From: an archaeon
GTDB taxonomy: Archaea > Nanobdellota > Nanobdellia > Pacearchaeales > GW2011-AR1
Length of the DNA: 51,841 nt
Assembly: GCA_043811855.1 (NCBI GenBank)
Contig: JBDRMT010000039.1
Location: 1 to 51,841, forward strand
Reading direction: 5' to 3'
Positions 35,265-42,200 of this stretch are shown here, piece by piece; position 1 is the stretch's first letter; each line of letters opens with the position of its first letter. A program made the translations under genes and the position numbers. The notes beneath the pieces were generated by a model. The model did no database searches, was not told the DNA's origin, and worked only from the letters and a program-made list of their open reading frames with translations.

Positions 35265-36170
35265 ATGAAACCTATTGTTAATATATATAAGCCTATTGGA
35301 TTAAGTCCATTACAAGCTATTGAAAAGTTTAAAATTAAACATAGAGAATATAAGAAAGTAAAAATAGGTTATGCAGGAAGATTAGACCCAATGGCTGAAG
35401 GAGTTTTGATTTGTTTGGTTGGAGATGAGAATAAAAAGATTGGGCAGTATATGAGATTTGATAAAGAATATAAAGCTGAGATTTTGTTAGGTTTAAAAAG
35501 TGATACTAATGATGTTTTAGGTGTTGTTGAGAAGGTTGGTATTGGTAATTTACAAAAGGATATGCAAGGTCAGGCAGAAGTTAGCAATAAAGGAGAGAGT
35601 CCTAGAAGTTTATCAGATACTAAGAGTTGTAAGAATATTAGTAATTTACAAACTGACAAGGATGAGGGGTCTTCAAGCGAGAGAGATAGTAATTTAAAAG
35701 GTTTGTTAGATACTAAGGTTAAAGAACTAAAGAAAAAAATTAAAAGTTTAAAAGGAAAATATGAACAAAAAATTCCAAAATATTCTTCATATAGAATTAA
35801 GGGAAAGCCAATGTTTTATTATGCTTTAAAAGGGAAGAAGGTTAAGGAGATTAAAAAGGAAGTTGAGATAAAAAGTGTAAAGATAAATTCTATATATAAT
35901 ATAGGAAGCAATAAATTGCTTCGTTATGTTGTTGAGAAGATTAGTAAGGTTGATGGTAAGTTTAGGCAGGATGAAATTGTTGATAGATGGAAGAAGGTTT
36001 TAGATGGAAAGGATGAGGGTGATAAGAGGTTTGTTGTAGTTGATGTTACTATTAGTTGTTCATCAGGAACTTATATTAGAGCAATTGCAGAAGATGTTGG
36101 TGGTTTGTTATTAAGTTTGAAAAGAACTAGGGTTGGGAAGTTTGATGTTAGAGATAGTGAGAGGGTTTGA
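35265..36170 (+). CDS. truB: tRNA pseudouridine(55) synthase TruB-type, with a ~60-aa hydrophilic insertion
   Basis: I start it at the ATG at 35265 (MKPIVNIYKPIGLSP). It has the catalytic motif GYAGRLDPMAEGVL and DKEYKAEILLGLKSDTNDVLG. The insertion is about 35538-35717. The track ORF starts at 35136 inside the divergent P4 gene. Confidence 0.8.
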   Translation: MKPIVNIYKPIGLSPLQAIEKFKIKHREYKKVKIGYAGRLDPMAEGVLICLVGDENKKIGQYMRFDKEYKAEILLGLKSDTNDVLGVVEKVGIGNLQKDMQGQAEVSNKGESPRSLSDTKSCKNISNLQTDKDEGSSSERDSNLKGLLDTKVKELKKKIKSLKGKYEQKIPKYSSYRIKGKPMFYYALKGKKVKEIKKEVEIKSVKINSIYNIGSNKLLRYVVEKISKVDGKFRQDEIVDRWKKVLDGKDEGDKRFVVVDVTISCSSGTYIRAIAEDVGGLLLSLKRTRVGKFDVRDSERV

Positions 36171-36223
36171 TATAATTAAAATTCAAACACCAACTTTAAA
36201 TATATCTTTTTCTTTTTAGAACA

Positions 36224-36976
36224 ATGAGAAAGAGGAAGGTTAAGGCACAAGTTACAATTATAATTATAGTTGCAATAGTTATAGTGGGTGTGATTTTAGC
36301 AATTTATGCAATTAATATAAAAACATCTCCAAAATTTAATAGTTATGATGATACTCAGATAAATCAAATTAATAAACAAATATATTATTGTATTGAACAA
36401 AGGGCAATTGATGTGATTTACTTGCTAGGACTTCAAGGAGGCTATGTAAATATTCCAGATGATTATGTAACAACAGACTTATCTGATGTTGCATATGGAT
36501 TAAAAGATAATCAAAATAAATTACCAACAGTTTTAGAAGTTGAAAATGAGATTTCAGGTTATATAGATTTTTCAAGCACATATTGTTTAGATAAAGATTT
36601 TCTTGAAGAAACATATGATATTCAAACAGATTTTAAAGATTCAGAAACAAGAGTTAAAATAAAAGACAATTCTGTTGAAATTGAGGTTTATATGCCTGTT
36701 GTTCTTACAAAAGGTGAAGCAACTTATGAGTTTGATGAAAAGTATAATTATGAAATACCAATAAGACTTGGAAAAATAATAAATATTGCAAATCAAATTA
36801 TTGAGAAACAAAAACAAAGTGAAGATAATATTCCTTTAACTTACTTGTCAAATATTGAAACTAAAATTATTTTTGATTATATTGATAGTGAAACAATTGT
36901 ATATATTATACATGATGAAGAATCAAAAGTAGATGAAACAATTTATAATTTTATGTTTGCTTTAGAAATTGGATAA
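36224..36976 (+). CDS. P5: divergent member of the class-III signal peptide family (lacks the CxxC motif)
   Basis: 250 aa. It has MRKRKVKAQVTIIIIVAIVIVGVILA, YCIE, GLQGGYVNIP and YCLDK, with no CxxC. The IS is inserted directly after its stop codon. Confidence 0.7.
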   Translation: MRKRKVKAQVTIIIIVAIVIVGVILAIYAINIKTSPKFNSYDDTQINQINKQIYYCIEQRAIDVIYLLGLQGGYVNIPDDYVTTDLSDVAYGLKDNQNKLPTVLEVENEISGYIDFSSTYCLDKDFLEETYDIQTDFKDSETRVKIKDNSVEIEVYMPVVLTKGEATYEFDEKYNYEIPIRLGKIINIANQIIEKQKQSEDNIPLTYLSNIETKIIFDYIDSETIVYIIHDEESKVDETIYNFMFALEIG

Positions 36977-37014
36977 TGAAGATTAGTGTCCTGGTTCAGG
37001 ACATATGTCACTAG

Positions 37015-37716
37015 CTAGAATAGTTTGTGAAAAGCGAAATAAACCTCTGAAGGATTTTTATTGTTTAGACTTGTATGAGGTCTAAAATGATTATATCTCA
37101 TCCTGAATAGTTCAGGATCATTATTACAGAAAGGCATTTCATTAATCATTGTTTGGAATAATCTTTCCACTTTACCAGAAGTTGTAGGACTATGAATTGC
37201 ACTTCTGATATGTTTAATTCCTCTTCTTCTACACCACCTATCAAACTTACTATGTTTACTTTTTAATCCGAAAACCGCACCATTATCTGTTAATATTTCT
37301 CGCGGTTTTCCATGAATTTTTATTATTTTATCAAACACATTAGTTATTATCTCAGTAGATATTTTATTAAGAGGAGTCATAGCAAGAGAGTATCTCGAGC
37401 AATCATCAATAATTGAAAGAACATATTTATCCTTGACTTTCTGGTCGCTTGTATCTGCTTGCCATAATGAATTGGGATGTTCTCTCTGCCAACGAATATA
37501 TTTTATTCTCTTCTTCTTATTTGGATTTGAATTAGATAGATTATTTTTTATTAATATCCTCTTTATTGTAGAAACTGATACTTCATTTATAATTGAATTA
37601 ATCTTTTCTGCTCCCCATCCAGTCTTACTCCTTAGATGGATTATCTTATTCTCTATATCTCCGGTAATTTTAGTAGAATATTTTTTGGCTTTCTTGAAGA
37701 ATCCATCAAATCCCAT
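37015..37716 (-). CDS. IS transposase OrfB (integrase core / rve DDE domain)
   Basis: 233 aa. It has the DDE-type signatures WQADTS, LTDNGAVF and HSPTTSGKVERLFQTM. It lies in the -1 frame relative to OrfA, with a 64-nt overlap. Confidence 0.85.
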   Translation of the reverse strand: MGFDGFFKKAKKYSTKITGDIENKIIHLRSKTGWGAEKINSIINEVSVSTIKRILIKNNLSNSNPNKKKRIKYIRWQREHPNSLWQADTSDQKVKDKYVLSIIDDCSRYSLAMTPLNKISTEIITNVFDKIIKIHGKPREILTDNGAVFGLKSKHSKFDRWCRRRGIKHIRSAIHSPTTSGKVERLFQTMINEMPFCNNDPELFRMRYNHFRPHTSLNNKNPSEVYFAFHKLF

Positions 37717-37868
37717 TCTTCAGAATTTATTCTTTTAGTCCATCTTTTTAGAGTCCTTACATTAACTTCATAGCTTAATAAAGCGAGAAGTATTTTTCTA
37801 CATTGTGAATAGGAATGACCTTTAATTCTTAATTTAAAAAATTCTTTTCTTATTTCTTCTTTTTTCAT
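37653..37868 (-). CDS. IS transposase OrfA (HTH DNA-binding part)
   Basis: 71 aa, MKKEEIRKEFFKLRIKGHSYSQCRKIL...RTLKRW. In the OrfA frame the heptamer A AAA AAT sits at 37680-37686, inside the overlap with OrfB. Confidence 0.75.
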   Translation of the reverse strand: MKKEEIRKEFFKLRIKGHSYSQCRKILLALLSYEVNVRTLKRWTKRINSEEWDLMDSSRKPKNILLKLPEI

Positions 37869-38003
37869 TAATAAAAAAGAAGCTAATTAACCAACTAGAT
37901 TTAGGTTATCTAACATAATAATTAGACTGGTGACATATGTCATGGTCTTACACAGATAATGAAGATTAGTTAAATTTATAAAGTTGTTAAGTTCTTTAAG
38001 ATT

Positions 38004-38303
38004 ATGACAGGAAATTATGATTCAAGAGAAGTACAAGATATAGTAAGAAGTTTAACTACAATGCCTGGTTATCAAGGATATTGGTTTGATGAAAGAATGG
38101 GATTTAGAAAAGGTCCTTGTGATGTTAAAGGAGAGATTCCTAATATGCCAGCAAAACTTGCAGATGGTGAAGCATTAATTGGTTTAAGAGAACCAATTTC
38201 AAGACTTCCTCAACGTCCTATAATCTTATTGGAAAGAGAGGGTGATGGTTGGAAATTTAAAAAACATGTTGCAACAATAGAAGGTACTCATTCTAGAGGT
38301 TAA
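38004..38303 (+). CDS. Hypothetical protein
   Basis: 99-aa ORF with no recognisable motif and no competing ORF. Confidence 0.4.
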   Translation: MTGNYDSREVQDIVRSLTTMPGYQGYWFDERMGFRKGPCDVKGEIPNMPAKLADGEALIGLREPISRLPQRPIILLEREGDGWKFKKHVATIEGTHSRG

Positions 38304-38363
38304 TTATTACTTAAAAATAGTAACAAACAAAAGGTTTAAAAGTATTCTTTATTAAGGTTTGTT

Positions 38364-39221
38364 ATGGAAATTTGTGCAATATCAGATATTCATCATCCTT
38401 ATAATGATGATAATTTAAACAGAGCAATTGAACAGATGCATAGATGCGATGTTGTAGTAATAGCTGGAGATGTATCTTCATACCCTCTAAAATATAAAAG
38501 AGTTTTAGATAGGTTTAAAGGAGTTGATGCAGTAAAACTTGCAGTTTTAGGAAATCATGATGTTTATTGTTCTGATGGAGAAGATTCATATGAAAGAATT
38601 GGAGAACTTGAAAAAATATGTGATTCTTGTGGTTTTCATCTTTTAGATAAATCTCCTGTTGTTGTTGGAGATGTTGGATTTGTTGGAAATATGGGGTGGT
38701 ATGATTATCAATTTGCACAAAAAGATAGTGATGAAGTTATTTTTGGAGTAAGGGGAAGTAGAATATATGAGATAAGAGTTAGAGATATGGATGATTTTGA
38801 TTTTTCACATAAACATTATTTTTTTAGAGGTTCAGATTCTAGAGATTATTCTGCAATCTGGAATGATATAAGATTTGTCAAATGGAGGTTTAGTGATAGA
38901 GAGTTTTTAGATACTCAAGTTCAAAGACTTAAACAAGATATTGAAGTAGTATCACCTAAGGTTGACAAACTAGTATATGTAAGTCACCATGTTCCTATTA
39001 AGGAATTTATATATGAAAAACCTGAAGATATACAATGGAGTGTTTTTAATGCTTATCAAGGAAGTCCTGAACTTAGCAAAGCTGCATTTTCAGATCTTAA
39101 ATTAAGAGCTGTTATTTGTGGGCATAGTCATATTCCAAATTATGTAAGAATTAATAATGTTGATTGTCATGATGTAAGCAATAGTTTTGGAAAACTTCAA
39201 CCAGTTTTTCTTTCTGTTTAA
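38364..39221 (+). CDS. Calcineurin-like metallophosphoesterase
   Basis: 285 aa. It has ISDIHHP, VVIAGDV, LGNHD, VSHHVP and CGHSH metal-ligand motifs in canonical order. Confidence 0.8.
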   Translation: MEICAISDIHHPYNDDNLNRAIEQMHRCDVVVIAGDVSSYPLKYKRVLDRFKGVDAVKLAVLGNHDVYCSDGEDSYERIGELEKICDSCGFHLLDKSPVVVGDVGFVGNMGWYDYQFAQKDSDEVIFGVRGSRIYEIRVRDMDDFDFSHKHYFFRGSDSRDYSAIWNDIRFVKWRFSDREFLDTQVQRLKQDIEVVSPKVDKLVYVSHHVPIKEFIYEKPEDIQWSVFNAYQGSPELSKAAFSDLKLRAVICGHSHIPNYVRINNVDCHDVSNSFGKLQPVFLSV

Positions 39222-42200
39222 TAAACAATTCTCCCATTTTCCATATTCATTATAGCATTTAAAACACCTTGATAAACCTCTTCTCTCCATTTTTCAGGAG
39301 TTGCAGTTATATCTAGATTAGGATTTTTCAAGTGTGCAGGAGGAAGGCCTTTAGACCTTAAAACATAGTCCATTAAAAGTCTGCTTGTTCTTCCATTTCC
39401 ATCTTCAAAAGGATGGATAGATACATATTCTCTTTGCAAGTCTGCAGCAACATTTGTTATTTCTCTAACTGTTTTTGCATTTTCTATAAAAGGATTATAT
39501 TTTTCAACTAAATTATCCATCATTTCTGGAACTTTGTTAGCAGTAGGATAAGAAACAACCCCTGTATAGTATTTATCAGGATTTTCTTTAATATAATTAA
39601 TAGATTTAATATAATCAGCATTCGTCCTAAGTTCTGGATCTGAATAAATTCTACTAATGAGATAGTCTATCATTTCTGGTGAATCAGTTAATTTTTTTCC
39701 AGAAACATCAAGATAAGGATTAGCTGCGTATCTTAAAAAATTTTCTTGATCATATATAAGTAGAGGACCAAGTTGAAACTCAGCTCCTGGTATTGTATCT
39801 GTTATCCTGAATTGGGTTTGTTCTAAAGGAACTAAATCTAATTGCCTATTTACTAGACGACCTTTTAATGTTTTACTTGGAATTCTTCTTCCAATTTCTT
39901 TAATTAAATCCACAGAAATTTTTCCATCATTAGTTTTTGTAACTTCTTCAATATAATCATGAGCACGTTTCCATTCCATCCAATCATCAATACCATAAGC
40001 TAGTTCTGGTTGTCCTCTAAGTTCGATAGGTATTACATAACCATCAGGACCTACCATCATATCTCTATAAAGGAAATAATGATCTGAATCTATAAATCCT
40101 CTTGCAGCAGACTGATCATCTGTTGGATAGTTTTTTCCTGCGTCAAAGAATTTTTGTTCATCTGCTTGGAGACGCTCTCTAGCGGTACTAGTAAGTTCAT
40201 CAGAGGTTTTAGCTGATTGTTCTTCTATAACATCATTTAAGATTTTTTGTCCTAAGTTTGCTTGTGAGTGTGTTAAAGCAATATCTAAAGCACTAACTTC
40301 AAATAATTCATTAGTTGATTGAGGATTAATTGAAACTTTAATTTCATTTCCATCTAGATTATATTTAAATATTCCATCTTCTCCTATCTTACCATCAAAT
40401 TTACTTGCTAAAGTATCTAGGTCTTTTTGTGTCCTAACAAAAAATTTATTAGTGCTTGTAAGATCACCAAAAACCTTTACACCTAATTTATTACTTCCTA
40501 AAGAATCAAGAACTCCTTTTGTAAATCCTCCTGCTACTAATAATCCCATTCCTAATCCAATTGTTTTTGCAAGTTCTGGGTCTACATTAGCTAATCCTTC
40601 TAAAGAATAAGATACTCCAGCATCAACAATCACTTCTTTTAAATAAGCACTAGCTAATTCTCTTGCTGTAATTCCAGACCATGCTTTTGCAGTTGTTTTT
40701 AGTCCTGTTGTTAGACCTAAACTTAATCCTTCTGTTGTAGCTGAAGCTCCTCTTGCACCAAAACCAGCACCAACTAAATTTAAAGGGTTTAGAAATATGT
40801 CTGCAGCAAACAAAGAAGCATATTCTGCTGTATTTAATTTTATTTCTTTTCCTAATCTATCTCCTATTTCAACAAAATCTCCTCCTGTCATAAATGAACG
40901 AAGAGTGGGATCTCCATGTTCTTTACTTGTTGCATAATCAATTAACCCCATTATTCTTACTGTATCATCAAATCTTCTTTGGAGTTCAGGATTATCTCTG
41001 CTATAACCTTTTTCCCCTAATAAACTTAAAATTATTTCTTGTCTTTGTGAAGGATTTGTATTTCTTAATTTATCATTATTAAAAATATCACTTAAGTCAT
41101 TAGTTGGAACTAAATCATCTAAACCTGCTGAACTATATATTCCTAAGAATCTATCAAAATAATTTGATTCATAATATTCATTTAAATTTATTCCATTATC
41201 AACTAATTGTTGCATATGCTTTGAACCAAGACCTATTTTTCCTGCCCTAGCTATCTGGCTTTCAGCATCTGTTAAATAGGAATCAAAGTTTGTAACCTTA
41301 TATCCAGTAGTATATGGAGAAGCAATAGCAGCTAAACTATCAAAAAATCCTTGAGATCTACTTCTTGCTCCTAAATCTGTTGTCAGAGCTCCAAGGTTTT
41401 GAAAAACTCTTTCATCTTCTTGATTTGCAAGATTACTTATTGTTGATAGTTGTGTAGTTGTAAAATCTTTGTAAACTTTTTTAATACCTACATCATCACT
41501 ATAAAGAGAAAGGGATTTATCAAGTGTTTTTTTACTTTCTGCAAATTTTCCATCTAAAAACAAAGCTCTTGCTTTTTGAACATAAGCTTCTTTAACATAT
41601 GCATCATTAATGTTTTCTCCTCTGCTATTAAGGTCAATTATTCTTTGAGCTAATCTTTCAGCTTCAATATTATCTCCTAAACTAATCATTGTGGAAATTT
41701 GTTTTGATTCTAATTCACCAGGTTGATATATTCCTGTTGATTCAGCTTTTTTAAAATCTTCTCTTGCTTCTTGTGCAAGTTTTACATTTTCATTATAATT
41801 TTCTGGAATTAAAACAGAATAACTAATCTCTGAAGAACTGCTTTTTTGAATGCTTTTTAGAGCAGAAACAGAACTGTCTTTTTTTAAGAACTTTAAATCA
41901 TAAGGTAATTGAGAATCTATTGGTTTCCATGTTTTTCCTTGGTCATCTGAATAAGCTCTTACTTCACCATTGCTTCCGAGCTTTAGTTGATAAGTGTTTG
42001 ATATGTCAGGTTGTAGATTTTCTAAATTAGGATTAGAACTAAATCCTCCTCTTTGTGTAACTGTTATTGTTCCAATCATTGAATCTTTTGAGTCTAGTAC
42101 TTTTTGAGTTATTAATTTTCCAGCTTGATCATAAAATTTACCTAAAACTTCTTTGTATTCTTGATTATCTGCTTTAGATTCAATCTCAGTTATTAATGAT

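Larger units (their letters stand above)
36988..37954 (-). mobile_element. Complete small IS element (rve/DDE transposase, IS3/IS481-like) flanked by a 16-bp direct repeat
   Basis: The direct repeat gataatgaagattagt occurs at 36972-36987 and 37955-37970. The imperfect terminal inverted repeats share the core gacatatgtcac (about 36988-37016 versus 37925-37954). The element holds two overlapping transposase ORFs. Confidence 0.8.

Noticed and set aside
36369-36614. 81-aa minus-strand ORF inside P5
   Set aside because: It is antisense to a CDS supported by family conservation.
37433-37738. 101-aa plus-strand ORF inside the IS
   Set aside because: It is antisense to the rve transposase ORF, which has clear DDE motifs.
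1-37954. Composite transposon bounded by the two same-orientation IS copies
   Set aside because: The copies are substantially diverged, with OrfA only about two-thirds identical by eye. The enclosed 37 kb also includes essential gyrase genes. It is more likely two independent insertions, although recombination between them remains possible.
38515-39290. ORFs 38515-38718 (-) and 39102-39290 (-)
   Set aside because: They are antisense to or overlapping the metallophosphoesterase gene and the 3' end of the Fic gene. They have no motifs.
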